A stretch of DNA of 63,309 nucleotides, filler included, from Reticulomyxa filosa (GCA_000512085.1; 13 parts of 13 records of this genome joined end to end with filler, not necessarily neighbours in it); one strand, 5' to 3'. Positions 27,402 through 41,017 are shown, numbered from the whole stretch's first letter. Notes: generated by a model from the letters alone, not told the origin. A program made the numbers and translations.

Positions 27402-28570
27402 TTACTCTTCACCTTCCTGTCCATTCACAACACATACAGTAATTTTTATGTACGTAAACAAATTAATTAAAAAAAGAAAAGAAAGACGAACATCAGAATC
27501 AGACGAATCTCCGCCCTCTGGCTGTTGTTCATTTTCGTCAGCCCCATCTTCAGTAAAGTGACTAAGTAAGGCGTCCAATTGTGACATTCCTTCCCCATTT
27601 CCTTGTTGGAATGGGAGTTGTTCCGCACTCATTTGGATTTCAATTTGTTGTGTTAGTACTTTAGAAAAGTCGGTCCATTTGGGATGTGTATCAAAAAATT
27701 TGACAATGCTCCACTGATCTTCTGGTTCAGTGCTGAAATTTGGCTTCAGTACAAAATTTTCATTTTGTCCAAATGTGTCACTTTTATTGTCTTCATCTTT
27801 GTCTTTGTCTTTTTTATTTTTATCTTCGTCTTGATTTTCCTCATCATCTTCATCTTCATCTTCATCTTCATTAATGACTACCGACCCATGATCCGATTGG
27901 TTGTCCTCATCATTTGCCTCCTCTTTCTTGTCTTTAGTTTCATTGGCAGTTGATTCCGCCTCTCTTTGATCGTGATGGTAAATATCCCAAAGCATTTGTA
28001 ATATGTACGAATGCAGTGCTTTTTTTTTTAAAAAAAAAGTGTTATTTGATAAAATGTACTTATTGCTTATACGTGTTTCTCAAAAAAAAAAAATAAAACT
28101 GCATCGGGGAAGTTCATTGTGATAGAAATCAATAAATCGATCCAACATCACACAATCAACGAATAAGTACTTTAGAAATCTTCGTTTGAAAATCATGGAA
28201 AGATGGACAAGTCTTCGAAAATGGCAAAGGAACAAATTGTTGGATTTGTGAGTAAATGCCAAATCTAAAATCGCTTTCCAAAACTCGAATTTCAAATTTC
28301 CCAACACTTTTCCGCATTTAAACTGTGCAAAGTCTGCCGAGACTGTTAACAATTCCAAACAATTCAAACGAACTTGGCCAAATGGTTTTGCAATCACACC
28401 ATCTGCTAATGATATTGGTTCCAATCTTTTCATTTTTTATTTTTTTATTTTTTGACAAATGCAGACACAGATACAAAAAAAAAAAAAATAAAATGGTTTA
28501 ACTGTCTTGTTGGACTAACAATTGTTTGACAAAGAACTGGGATATACGTATGCAGTCGTTTCAATGATTT
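27402..28570 (-). CDS. SIT4/PP6 phosphatase-associated (SAPS) family protein, 5' partial
   Basis: KPFGQVRLNCLELL, LDLAFTHKSNNLFLCHF, a helix after ALHSYILQML, a WTDF motif and an acidic tail are typical of the SAPS domain C-terminal half; several introns. Confidence 0.75.
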
Positions 28571-28633
28571 CTTTTTTAATTTAATAAACAAATTTTTTTT
28601 TTTGTGAAAATTGAAAAAAAAAAAAGGGCATTG

Positions 28634-28733
28634 NNNNNNNNNNNNNNNNNNNNNNNNNNNNNNNNNNNNNNNNNNNNTTAATTAATTAANNNNNNNNNNN
28701 NNNNNNNNNNNNNNNNNNNNNNNNNNNNNNNNN
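28634..28733. other. Artificial contig spacer
   Basis: 44 N + TTAATTAATTAA + 44 N. Confidence 0.98.
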
Positions 28734-28979
28734 CGTTAGATAAATGAATTGCAAACACAGGGGTGAAATTCCGGTCATTCAGAGGATTTGAAGCAACGTT
28801 TTTTTTTTGTACAGTTTTTGCCGTCATGACAAAATCTTGTTTTAAAAGCGATCGCAATAATGCCATAACATTACCGATCACAACAATAAATTTTTTTTTT
28901 TTGTAATGCAACAGTAAGGTTTTTTCAAAAGAGGAATCCTTTTTTTATAAGAGTTGAAATTACATAATACATTAACAAC

Positions 28980-29670
28980 ATGAGCAATCAAAACACAGCA
29001 CAAAAATCTTTCTGATTTAAAATTTGAAGGACTTACCCATTTCACTTTCCCGACCTCAATGTGTGCTACATAAACATGAAATTCTTGTTTGTGGCTCTAG
29101 CCAAAGTGACTGTTATACTTAAAAACAAATGCAAGTTCGTATCCAAGTGACGTTGAATTATTAGGACACTGTAGTGAAACTTGTAAATAACAATAATAAA
29201 GACAGCAATGAAATCACTTTATTGTCTTTTGGTGGAAAAGGAAACACACATTGGTGATGAAATATTTAAGCGTTTGGGGTAATGACATTAATAACAATGA
29301 TATTAATGACAATGAAGTGAATAAATCAAAGAAGCTAAAGAAATTAGACAATTATAATCAATGGATTGCTTTGTATCAAAGCCAGAAAATGGAACACAAG
29401 TGATAACCAATGAAAAAAAAAGAATGAATGTTGTTGTTTTGTAGATACATAGGATTATCAATTAAATATGACGAAGATAACAATACTCTTCAATTTCATA
29501 AGCTATTTGTTGGGTATACAATTACAGATTTATTTCAATATGCTTGTGTGTATCAATGATTCAATCTGGTTCTTTGGTGGATGAATGGTAGTGTTTACGT
29601 AAGCTGTTGTTTTAAAATCAGTGCAATTCGAGAAAACAAATGAATGACACTTCAATCTTCCACTATCTTT
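28980..29670 (+). pseudogene. Kelch-repeat family pseudogene
   Basis: Clear homology to 23430-24696 and 53836-55067 (LKDLP..QCVLHKHEILVCG, YPSDVELLGH, TLLSFGG, TLVMKYLSVW, NYNQWI, GLSIKYDEDNNTLQFHKL, FFGG) with stops, frameshifts and an internal deletion. Confidence 0.88.
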
Positions 29671-30180
29671 CTTTAAAACGAAGAACGGTTTACAAAACCA
29701 AATCACCTCCAGGAGTATCAGTATGTCAAATTTGGAAATAGTGATACAATAGAGTTTCATAGAGAAACAGCATGTACAAGTATTTCCTTGAAGAAAAGAA
29801 AAAAAAAATCAGGCTTGCCACTACTTTTTTAAAATATTCAAATGTCTTCCCATTCAAAAACCATCAAAAACAACAGAAACAAATAACTATAACGCTTAAC
29901 TGAATGTTCTTTTCACAAAACTCGAGACTAAAAATAATTATTTGGTTTTTTTGTTCCAGATTATCATGGTTTTCTTTGGCTGATCGAAATTGTTTTTAAT
30001 TCAAACATTTTCATTTTCTGTTCTTTTTAAAAAAGCAAAATTGTATGAGTTGTTGGAAAATTTTTTATCTGAATAATATATAATTTCCACGTCACTGAGC
30101 AAAAAAAATTCTAACAAATTCTTTCAGCTTTATTTTTTTGCAAAAGGAATTTGTTAATTGATATTATGCATACGTTTCAT

Positions 30181-30280
30181 NNNNNNNNNNNNNNNNNNNN
30201 NNNNNNNNNNNNNNNNNNNNNNNNTTAATTAATTAANNNNNNNNNNNNNNNNNNNNNNNNNNNNNNNNNNNNNNNNNNNN
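30181..30280. other. Artificial contig spacer
   Basis: 44 N + TTAATTAATTAA + 44 N. Confidence 0.98.
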
Positions 30281-31393
30281 TCATCATCCACCCAATGTTC
30301 TTTTTTTCCCCATTGCTTTTATATTGGGTTGCCACTAAACTTTTCAAAAAATACTACAAATATAAACAAACAAAAAAAAGGGCTGTAATAACTTGATTTG
30401 AGGAGAGGCAGTATTGAACCAACGATAGATTTCATTCATGGAATTTTTTTTTCTATTTATTTTTATTTTTCAATTTATCCACAAGACTATATCATAATTT
30501 TCCTTTCACCCCTTTTTTTTAAAAATACCATCATTTATCATTTTTTCATTAAGGCTCGGTACAGACGAATTGAACACTGAAACCACAATCAGTTTGCGTG
30601 ACCATAATATCAATTGTCTCACATTGTTCTTGCCGCCCATTATCGTTGAAAATAAATCTCTTCACAAACAAGCAAACAAATGAAAACCTTCACTAATGTT
30701 ATCACGTTTGTTCATTTTTTCCCCTCTATCTTGATCTCCCCTTCCATAGTTGAGGGACTGATTGCTTGTATACGTTATGCAGCATCGTTTCATAATGCAA
30801 TATTAGGACGAAGAGAGAGAGGAGGAAAAAAAAGAGAATAGCATATACATATATACATATATATAAACTGTGCCATTTTTCGAGATGTGAGATCTTGTGT
30901 CCAACCAAATGATAATACTATCAATAAAACATCAACTTGTGACCAACACACTTTTTCCAGCAACAGCTTATCTTCTGCTCTGTCATGTGTTTGGATTTGC
31001 TTTATCAAGTCTGTTGGGACAACCGACCATTCTAACACTGATGATAACGCTCCGTCATGACGAAACGCTTGGATATATGAAAATGATGGCTTATTCTTCG
31101 TTTTTTTGGGCATATTTTGATGTTTATTGTTGTACTCAAGTTTTGCTTATGTTTTGATCGTTTTTCTTTTGTATAACATTTACATATTTGGTAGCCAAAA
31201 AAAAAGTTTTTTGAGTGTGCAGTATTTAAACTGGAGTGCGTGTTTTGAACTGCATTGTTTCACTTTTGCTATCTCGTGCTGGTACTCCTCCCCAACTTTT
31301 CATTAAACATTGAAGTATTTTGTCGTCTGGTCCGGTTACACATATCCGAACCGGTTCTTTGGGGGGATGCTTTGCATTCGATGTTGTCGTCAT
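30281..31393 (-). CDS. Multi-exon protein with a degenerate small-GTPase-like fold, 3' partial
   Basis: Exon 1 MTTTSNAKHPPKEPVRICVTGPDDKILQCLMKSW...; later CWSQVDVLLIVLSF and RKLIVVSVFN strands. Exon boundaries are only partly resolved. Confidence 0.5.
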
Positions 31394-33454
31394 TTACTCA
31401 ATTTTTTGTTCCTTGCACTTATCTGCTCGTTTGAAAATAAGATAATTCAGAAAGAATGTTTTGTCATCCACAGATCATACAAAGAAAAAAAAAGGGTGCC
31501 GTCTAAGTTGCTCAAAACCTTTCTTGTTTTTTTGTGTTTTGGGGCTATTTCTTCTTAATTCATTTGTTTTTTGCATTGAAATAAAATTCTTTTGTGTCAC
31601 ATTTTGTACTTTTCACACTTCCTTCATTGTTGAAGTCATATAAAATTTAACGTTTTGAATAAAGAAAATAGTCTACTCCAGCTAACTGTGTGATCATCAA
31701 ATGCTTTGACATTAACTAGTTTTTTCTTTCATTACAACAATTTTAAATTAAAATTGTATTAATAAGCATTGTTATTAATTACAATTGTAATGTATTATAT
31801 ATATTTCTTAGTAATGTATTCATGTTTGAGTGAGGTGCTTGTTTTTACTGTACAATATATTTTTAATATATTCAATAATTCTTTAATTATTGATTTACTC
31901 TCTCTACGTATACTTGTATTTTTTGCGGATGTATTCTTACCAATGATGATTATTAGTATAAAATGCAAACAATCTTTTTGTTCGACATCGAACATTTGGT
32001 AGAAGATATTCAAACATTAGTTCCAGCACAGATATCATTCAACAGCTTAAAAAGAAGTAGTCGATGCAAGGAGTATTTAAAGATATTGCCATTTGTTGAT
32101 AGGAGCGCAAATCATCGTGTCTGGTTAGATTTTGCAATTGACGATATTGGAAAAAGTAGTTGAATAAATTATGTAAAATAATGTGTACGTTATGAACTCA
32201 AGTCATTTAATACCATATTCGATAAAGATGCAAAACAATGGATTCATTTTGTCAAGCAATAAGAAGAAAATCGCAGGACTGAAGAAGTTCTTTATCAATA
32301 GCATTCAAAATATATTAACTTAACAAACAAAAAAAGTTTTTTTTAGCTGAAAGTTGATCTAATCCTAGTTAAAAGAGCACATCATCACAAAAGGAACACA
32401 ATACTCAATTAAAAACAAAAAGCAAAGGAAAAGATCTACAAAATTTATTAAAACTCATTAACATGCTTTTCTTGTTATTTTTTGTTTTAGTTTGCTTTAA
32501 TTTGTTAAAAGATGTAAATTGAATCTCAATATTTTCCTGAGGCTTCAATAATTCAAAAACAATGACCAGAGGATTCGGTTGAACATTAGCATTGCTCATG
32601 TAATTCCCAATAACCATTCCACAGGGAAGAGCCAGATTTGTTTTAGCAACAGTGTATTGATCTTGCCGTACAACATTTGAGATTTATTTGTTTTTTTTAT
32701 ATTTTAAAGATTAAATTAAAACTTAAAATTATTTTTTTTCACTTGTTGTTGTTGATTGTGTGTGAGTTTTTGATATGTTTTGATCCTTTCCTTTTTTTGT
32801 TTGCTTTATTAGAGTACTGTGTTCTAAAAAAAAAATTTCAGGAAATACAAGAAAACTATATTACGAATATCAATATGCAAATAGATTAATGATAAGCAGT
32901 CTATTAATTTTAGAATAATCAACTTTATTCACAACCGATATTAACTTTTACCAAAAGAGTTGTATTTTGAAATCGAAAACGTTTGAAGTTGAAAAATGCT
33001 TCGACATTTAAGTGTTTTTGAAATTATTTTGGAAAATCGAGATTAGAGATTTCGAAACGAGTATCGTAGTAAAGAAAGCGAAGAAACAAAAGATGAACAT
33101 CTTTTATAGTATAATAGTTGAATATTTTAAATGTGTAAAAATAGTATATGTCTTAATAACTTTGGATTTTTTTGGTAACTCATATTTGGGTAGGGTTATC
33201 GTCGGTTCTTCAGCATAAACTCCACCGCCCCCAAAGTAAGGCATGCAGTTAAAAGAAAGAGTCTTTTAATTGATGGAAATGATAACAAGAAAGCCGTTTA
33301 GCAAGGCTGCCGGCTAAATAAAGATTTTTTTAAATGGAGCACACTCAATAAAAGGTTGTTACGGAGTTGTATTTTTTTTAGCAAGAATGAGATCTTATCC
33401 AAGTTAAAATAAGCACCTCGTCCCAAAAGGAACAAGTACTCTAATAGAAAACAG

Positions 33455-33554
33455 NNNNNNNNNNNNNNNNNNNNNNNNNNNNNNNNNNNNNNNNNNNNTT
33501 AATTAATTAANNNNNNNNNNNNNNNNNNNNNNNNNNNNNNNNNNNNNNNNNNNN
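33455..33554. other. Artificial contig spacer
   Basis: 44 N + TTAATTAATTAA + 44 N. Confidence 0.98.
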
Positions 33555-33592
<38 letters not shown>

Positions 33593-34175
33593 AATTTTGC
33601 CTCAGGGTCCCAACGTAAAATTTCAGTGGATATATAACACTTTTTGACCGAGTTATCAGTATAATTTGTGTCATCCCAATAAAAATTTTTACACTGGTAT
33701 GGCCTTGCCTTTGAACATGACCTTTTTTTTTAAGTGTAATACAAAGAAACAAAATTGCTCTTTTAAGAGTCTCCTAAAGAAAATTATACACTGCTTACCA
33801 AAATGCTTTTCCTTTGTTAGGTCCCATGTTTGTGATCAGCTTTTGAATCATTGGCAGTTGATGTCCACTACACAAAGGAATGGCATCTTCCAGGAAATCG
33901 ATTGGTTGTAACTCGCATGGAGTTTTTGTCTGAACATCATCAATTTTTATGTTTGATCTTGAAAATGTTCTTTTTTGTGAGAAAAATGCACTCCATGGAC
34001 TAGGGTTCTCCTTGGTCTCTGTGTTGTCATTACAATATTTTTCTGCACTTTCGCTGTTCTGTTTTTGTGTAGGGATTTCATTGAGCTCAGTTTTTGTCGA
34101 AATCTCTTTCGTGTACTGCAATAATGCCGGATGATCCCAAAAGCTAGCATCGTTGACATCCACAATTTCTTCCAT
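33593..34175 (-). CDS. GRF-type zinc-finger protein, 3' partial
   Basis: Splicing gives PLCSGHQLPMIQKLITNMGPNKGKAFW-SCSKARPYQCKNFYWDD (C-x2-H...GPNKG.FW.C...C..F.W). Confidence 0.8.
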
Positions 34176-35099
34176 TTCTTCTCTCCGCAAGTTTTGAGAA
34201 GAGCGTTTCCCCAAAATAAAACACAAACAAACAGTGTTTGAAAAGCAATTCTTACAGCGAAAGTATGGTATCATTGGAAAATACTTTTTAAAACCTGTAA
34301 TTAAAAAATTTCTTGGAGAAACACAACAGCACCAAAAGTTGGAGTTTAAAGCATTTACTTTGGTAACTATTGGCTGACGCATTATCTTGTGTAAGCACTA
34401 CAGTACCAAAAAGGAAAATGAATGAAATTTAAACGTGATGGTGGATACTTTTGATGCATCATCATTGACTAAATAAATCAAAAGAAAACAAAAATTTTGA
34501 TTGAAAAAACGATTTGAAAGTAGACCGAACTTTGTCCGAATAGTGATCAGACACACAGAAAAGTAAGGAAAATGATTGTTATTAGAGTTGGAATGATATG
34601 GTCAACGTTTTGACAAACAAGGAAGTGCAATTTTACTTTGATAAAATTAGATGATTTCTTTTAATATGTACTGAGGTCATTTTGATATACAATTTGACAA
34701 ATAACACTTCAAATCTTTATTTCCTAAATCATATGCAAGAGACAAAAAGTAGTAAATGAAGCGTTATGATAACAAAACAAAGTTTTTTTACTGAATATTA
34801 TCATCAGTAATCATTGAGTTACATTCTCATTGTTGCTACTCAATAATAAGTAATACAAAAGAATAGCAATTACAAAATTTATCTAATATTCGCGTCATTT
34901 TTTAATAATTTGATGCTGTAAAACTAAAATCAAGTTTTTTCCAAAAAAAAAATTGTGACGCATGAAAAAAATATTATGAATATTGAATATTTTCATGAGA
35001 ATATAAATTATAATTAGTTAAAAAATATATAAATAAAATGATATTGACATGACAATAATTGGTGATATTTTCAAAAAATAAAATTGAATTATATGTCCT

Positions 35100-35545
35100 A
35101 TATCAATCACATCAAACACACTTTTTATAAAATTTCATATTTTTAGTTCTAAAATTTAATCAACTTTATTCTAACTATCACTTTCATCACATATAATTCT
35201 TTTTTATTTGATCGAATATCCCAAAATCGAATTGCGTTATCCCATGATCCAGAACATATCACACTTGAAATATTATTAATTTCAATATTATCAATTACAA
35301 ATTGTGCATAATCTACAACATTTAAATGAGTTGTATGTCCATTGAATACTTGAATTTGCTGACCAACGGACGCTATTATTCCATGATCCAGATAATATTG
35401 TATTTTTACCCACTAATCCTTGATTCATTTGATCCATATTTTACACTTATAACTGAACTATCATGTCCTTTGAATATATTTAATTATTTTGATGTTTCAA
35501 TGTCCCATATACGAATTGTTTTATCATCAGATGCAGAACAAATTG
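35100..35545 (-). pseudogene. WD40-repeat family relic
   Basis: ICSASDDKTIRIWDIETSK*LNIFKGH...VICSGSWDNAIRFWDIRSNKKELYV, with stops and a deletion. Confidence 0.85.
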
Positions 35546-35645
35546 NNNNNNNNNNNNNNNNNNNNNNNNNNNNNNNNNNNNNNNNNNNNTTAATTAATTA
35601 ANNNNNNNNNNNNNNNNNNNNNNNNNNNNNNNNNNNNNNNNNNNN
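35546..35645. other. Artificial contig spacer
   Basis: 44 N + TTAATTAATTAA + 44 N. Confidence 0.98.
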
Positions 35646-36184
35646 GGTTGAGTTGTGAACACGTCAACAAATTAAGTCAGTTTTTTTAAAATGAGCGAGC
35701 TCCTTTCGATATTATTTCAACTTTACCAGTTACACAATATTTTACATTCGTTAAAAGATTGGTCTCAAAGTATTTTAACAAAGAATTGGATACACCGATT
35801 ACTGTCTGCACTTATTTTAAGTCATTACTGTTGATTCATACCAGATATTCAAAATGCACAGTAAATTTTTTTTGAGATTTTACACGGATGGACAATGTGT
35901 ACTTGATTATTCGACAGTCAACAAATGTTATCTTACGTAGAGAAAATCGGTTGTTGTTATGTGTTAAGGTTTGCCCTTCCTGAAATTGAATGAAAATGTC
36001 CGTTCTAACGTTTTTCTAGATTTTTGAAAAAATTCTACTCGTTGAGCACAGTTGAAATTTTTTCCTTGACAATTCAAAAAGTGAAAATTACAACGTATAA
36101 CCATGACTTTTTTACTATTATTGACCATATAAACACATAGTGATTGATAATATTATATTTCACCAAATGAACAACAACATTTTG

Positions 36185-39100
36185 TTACCCCTGATTAGAG
36201 ACATTATTAGATGTACTTTTGGCGTTTTCTCTTCGCCGCTTTAGTGCCTCCATCAATTCGGCACTGGTTTCCAAACGTGGCGGTTTGGATTGATCGGCAC
36301 TGTTTTGTTTTCTTGGCATACCTGGGGCCCTGTTTTAATATGAAAACAAGCAAATTGTGTAAGCACAAGCAGAGTCCTTTCTCTCGACTAAACTGGAGTG
36401 CAGAAACCCGTGGAGAAGGCGGTAGGCTATTTGGATCCTTAGTGGCCATTTTTTCACCTTTTTTTTTCTCATCTTCACGTTTTTTTGTTATTCTCGCTTT
36501 GCATTGTTTCAAGCTATCGCGAAACTCGTTCAACTTCTTTAAGTACAATCCATTGACGTCATTTTCTTCATTAAGCCACGTTCTATGTGAACAACAAAAA
36601 ACATTATAAAAAGGAGTGTCTTCGTCCTTCTCTCTTTCAAAAGAATATAGGAGGTATATACCCAATATTTTTCATTTGCAAGAAAGTGTCCTCCAAATCT
36701 TTTTCCAATTGATTAAATTGCACGGTCGATTGAGAAACAAAGATCTTCATGACAGTGGCAAACTGGTCCCCTTTTTTAACGGACTGAGGATTTTTTTCCG
36801 CATTTCGAATTCGTTCTTCAATCGTCTTTAAACGGCTGGATATCATGTTGGTATTGCTTCGCAATGTTGGAATGTCCACTAGAGTTATTTAAAAAAAAAC
36901 AAGTTGCATTAATGGGACTTACATATATAAATATAAATGTGTATATATCACATTGAATTGTCACAGTGAAAGACCTTTGGTAGCCTCATCCAAACATGCC
37001 AATTCATCTAAAATGCTCAAAGCCTTTGGATTGTCAGTTTCCAAAATGATGTACAAATACTCGAGCAAGGTGATATCATTATCAATACTTTTGCAATTGG
37101 CCAGTTGCTTGAGCGAGGCCAATTTAAAGCCATAGGCTTGGCCCTTTTTGTTGTTGGCATTCATGTAATTGCCAATGGCCAAAATATACGTAAATACCAC
37201 TTTCAAATGTTCGCTACCGTTGACAACGTTCAGTGATTTTTTCAACACATCCATGGGAGAGCGGACATTCTCCAAAGACTCGACAAAGTGATTTTTGAAG
37301 CTCCATAACTCAAAGCGCTCTTTCACATTGCTATCGCAGTCTTTGATAATTTTGAAGAATCGTTCAGGCTCCGCCAAATTCGGTATTGACTCGTGTTCGG
37401 TGATTAAAGCAGCCTCTTCTGGAGTGGGGACAAAGTTGATAAACTTGTCAATTTTTTCTGAGGTCAGTACATTTTCGTCCATATTTAAAATGGCCTCACG
37501 GACATCAAAGGGATCCATTTTCATTCGTTGTAAGAAAATTTCCAGGTTATAACCACGGTTCTTTTCCAACACACGCTCTTTCTATATTCAAATAGCACAA
37601 AACATGTATACGTATACATTGATGTACGCATCATAGACGAATATTGAGGTTTCGACCTGTGTTTCCACTGGAGCCAATCCACTCTTCTGCGCTTTTAATG
37701 GATTTTCTTTTTCATCAGCCTCTTCGCCAAATTTACGCTCCAATTCTTTGATTTTCAATTCAATGTTTTGGTCGTCAATACTCTTCCATATCGTCTTTTC
37801 CACTTCCCAAGGATTGACTGGACTCCAGTGAAGTCCTCTCATTTTCACTGCTGGTCGAAGGGTCTTTTTTGGCTTTAAACCTACTGGAAGTTCTGTGTGT
37901 GGTTACATCCGATTTTATTTTATTTTTAACTTATCTTTCTTTTATCCGCACAAAACTTGGCTTTTCTTCTTTTAGCTTTTCAGCAACTTTGACAGATCCG
38001 AACATTTTGTTGATCAGTTCCTCGGATATATTTTCTTGACGCATTTTTAAAATGATGGCTGCATCTGGAAGTTTGAATTTTTGCATTTTGCGGAATTTGG
38101 CGACCATTTCTTCCTCTTCTGGAGTCAATGTGGCTACTGCCGGTACCGGTGCCGGTGCTGGTGTTGGCGCTTCTTTTGGCATTGGTGCAGTCGTTGCTGT
38201 TGCAATCGGATTGGGCGGTGGTGTTTCCACGGGCTTTGCTGTAGAAACATTGCTTTCGCCACCACTACCACTACCACCACCACCTGGCAATTGTCCTTTT
38301 TTTTGTTTAATCAAAGTCAGAATAAAAGAAGATTGGAAAGAGTATATATAATGTATATGCATAATATCGCACTTAAAAAAATACCTGTTTCTTCAAAGGT
38401 TCGAATAACACTATCGTCACAGCGATCTTGTCGCATTCGATTGATAACCGCCATTTTGGGAATGCCCATTTTGAGCATAGACTGATATTTTACAAGTTTG
38501 TCATTTTGCGCAGAATTGGCAGTCTGTGACGCCAAAGGAACAGGAGGTGGAAGTGAAGGGCCCGTGTTGAGTTGTGAAGATTGTACGGACTGTGTATTGC
38601 TTACACTTTGTCCTATTGGAGCAGTGATTGTAATTGTAACAAAGGAAGAGGAAGGAACAGGTGGTGGAACCATTGATGTTTCTTGCACTCCTGTACTTGG
38701 TGCATTGATTGAAAGTTTTTTCTCTTTTTCTCGTTCTTGCTCTCTTTCTCTTTCTCTTTCTCTTTCTTTTTCTCTTTCCTTTTCTCTCTCTTTTTCTCGT
38801 TCTTGCTCTCTTTCCCTTTCTTTTTCTCTCTCCTTTTCCTGTTGTCGCTCTTGCTGTCTCTCTTGTTCCCTTTCCTTGTCTTTTGCACGTTCTTTTTCGA
38901 GTTCGACTTCAAGCTCGTGCTGACGCGCCTTTTGTTTCTCGATTTCTTTTTGTCGCTCTTGCTGTCTCTCTTGTTCCCTTTCCTTGTCTTTTGCGCGTTC
39001 TTTTTCGAGTTCAACTTCGAGCTCGTGTTGACGCGCCTTTTGTATCTCGATTTCTTTTTGTCGCTCCTGCTCTCTTTGCAATGTCTTTTCATTTTCCAAT

Positions 39101-41008
39101 ATCCTTTCCTTTTCGCGAAGGACCTCGCGCTCTTTTTCAGCCATTTTGTCTTTTTCCCTTTCCTCTTGGATCTCCTTTTCCTTTTTCTTTATGTCCTCCA
39201 TCATTTTGTACGCATTGTCGAGTTCATTTTCCACGCGCAGTAACTTCTCTTTGGCCGTGCTCACGTCCTTTTTTAGCGCCAGAATTTCCTGGTTTTGTGC
39301 TTGCTTGGTACCGCGAATTTGCAGCAAGTGCTTCAGCGAGTTGTAGTTGGGATACACAATCCGCTCGTCCACCGAGTAGGGCGTCGCCAGCGAAGATGTG
39401 GATGACACTGGCGACAATGACTTGGGAGTGGGTTGTGACAACACGTTCAGTTCGAGCTTGCCCTTTCCGGGGACACGCGTCCATAGTTCTTCGTGAGTAG
39501 GAAGGCATGCTTCGCCAACCAGTCGTGCCACCACTGTCCACACTTCGTGTCTAATCACATACAATGAAGATTTATAAAAAAATATATATTTATACATATA
39601 TACATATATGCATATAAAGAAACGCAACGCATCCGGTGGAAGCACCAACAAATTGTACAATATTTTAGTGAGCTCATTGATATGACCGTCTTCCAAAACT
39701 TGGCGATACAATTTTCCGAAAAGATCTTTTGGATTGGACAGATCCACGGAATATACGTGCTCATTCGTGTCATTGTCTTTGCTAGCACTCTTGTACTCTT
39801 TGGAAAAGTCCACTCGTGTCTCCGAGTTCTCCAGTTCCACCATTTTCATGTACACGTCGATATGTTGCAACAATTGCTCACGCTCGTGATCTAACGCGTC
39901 ATTTTCCAGAAACACGTTCGACGATGGTCCACTCCCTTGTGGAGACGGCATACTGCTATTGCTCCCAGGCGGGGTTACATTGCCACTGCTTGTCGTTGTT
40001 GGATTTACACCCGTGCTGGTGCTGGTACTGGTACTGGTACTGGTACTGGTGGAATTCAAATTATTCGTTACGCGCTGTCGATTCTCTTGCTCTTGTTGCG
40101 TCACTTTCTGCAACTGCAACAACACTTTTGTAAAGCGCAACGACTGCAGTAGACGTCGCTCGTCCATACGCAATTCGTTGTCTTTGATGCTGGCCAACAG
40201 ATAATTGATCAGTGATACCGCATGCATATCGTACAGCGTCGAGGCGTGATGTCTGTCTCGAATACTCATTTTGTCCACTATCACACGCCAGTGATTGCTC
40301 TCGCCTCGTTCCTCGGATATTCGCGACAGCACTTTTATACATACATACATATATTGTACACACCGTATATACGTACATCCATTACATAGACACCATACGT
40401 AAGGCTTCAATATGTTTTGATTTTTATATATGTTTTTTTTGTCTCAATCCTTTTATTGCAAGTGGGACCAAACCTTGTAACACTTGACGTGCTGCCACCA
40501 ATCCATTGCTTCCTTCGCTTCCGACCAGAGACGTCAACAATTTAATCGACATTTCTCGAATTCTTACATCTGAGGAGTCAAGCTAATTGTGTAACACACA
40601 AACCACCATTGACACAACAACAATAACAAATGAATTTGCTTTGACTTTTGACATTGCATATAATGTCATGAAATGTACAGTATATTGCATTAAATCGCAT
40701 ATTTCTTTGTTGTTACGTGTTCGAAACTTTGTCAGCGACAATGTAAATGCAATCGTTGTGATTGATAATCGCTTGAACTGCGACTTTGGTGTCAATGAGT
40801 GCTTTGAAGACCTTCAACAACTCACGATCGTAGGCTTGATTTGGGTTTTGTTGACCCAATTTGCACAAGTATGTCAGTCCCAATTCCTCGATAAATTTTT
40901 TGGAAAAGTCGCTCGACTCTTGGTTTATTGTCAACTGCAAGTCTCGCAATACCAATGGTGTTATCACTTCACGTTGACTACGAAAACGTTCCGCCCACCA
41001 TTTCGCAT
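36185..41008 (-). CDS. Diaphanous-related formin (GBD/FH3 - coiled coil - Pro-rich - FH2 - DAD-like), 5' partial, multi-exon
   Basis: FH2 signatures MRGLHW..KTIW, RGYNLEIFL, FVPTPEE, AEPERFF, ILAIGNYMN..KGQAYGFKLASLKQL..K..TLLEYL; N-terminal GBD/FH3-like helices; spliced last exon ...ETSAELMEALKRRRE...QG*. Confidence 0.93.
38842..39066 (-). repeat. 108-bp (36-aa) tandem duplication in the formin coiled coil
   Basis: ERQKEIE(I/K)QKARQHELEVELEKERAKDKEREQERQQ occurs twice; units start at 39066 and 38958, with a partial third at 38850. Confidence 0.92.
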
Positions 41009-41017
41009 CTTTTGTTT

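Noticed and set aside
28734-28890. Fragment MTAKTVQKKNVASNPLNDRNFTPVFAIHLSN as an upstream SAPS exon
   Set aside because: Separated by a spacer, other spacers join unrelated contigs, and there is no diagnostic motif.
33180-33454. GC-richer patch as an ncRNA or retroelement fragment
   Set aside because: No recognisable tRNA, snRNA, rRNA or reverse-transcriptase motif by eye.
38498-39500. Long hydrophobic plus-strand ORFs (263, 168, 141 aa)
   Set aside because: Antisense translations of the GA-rich formin coiled-coil repeat.
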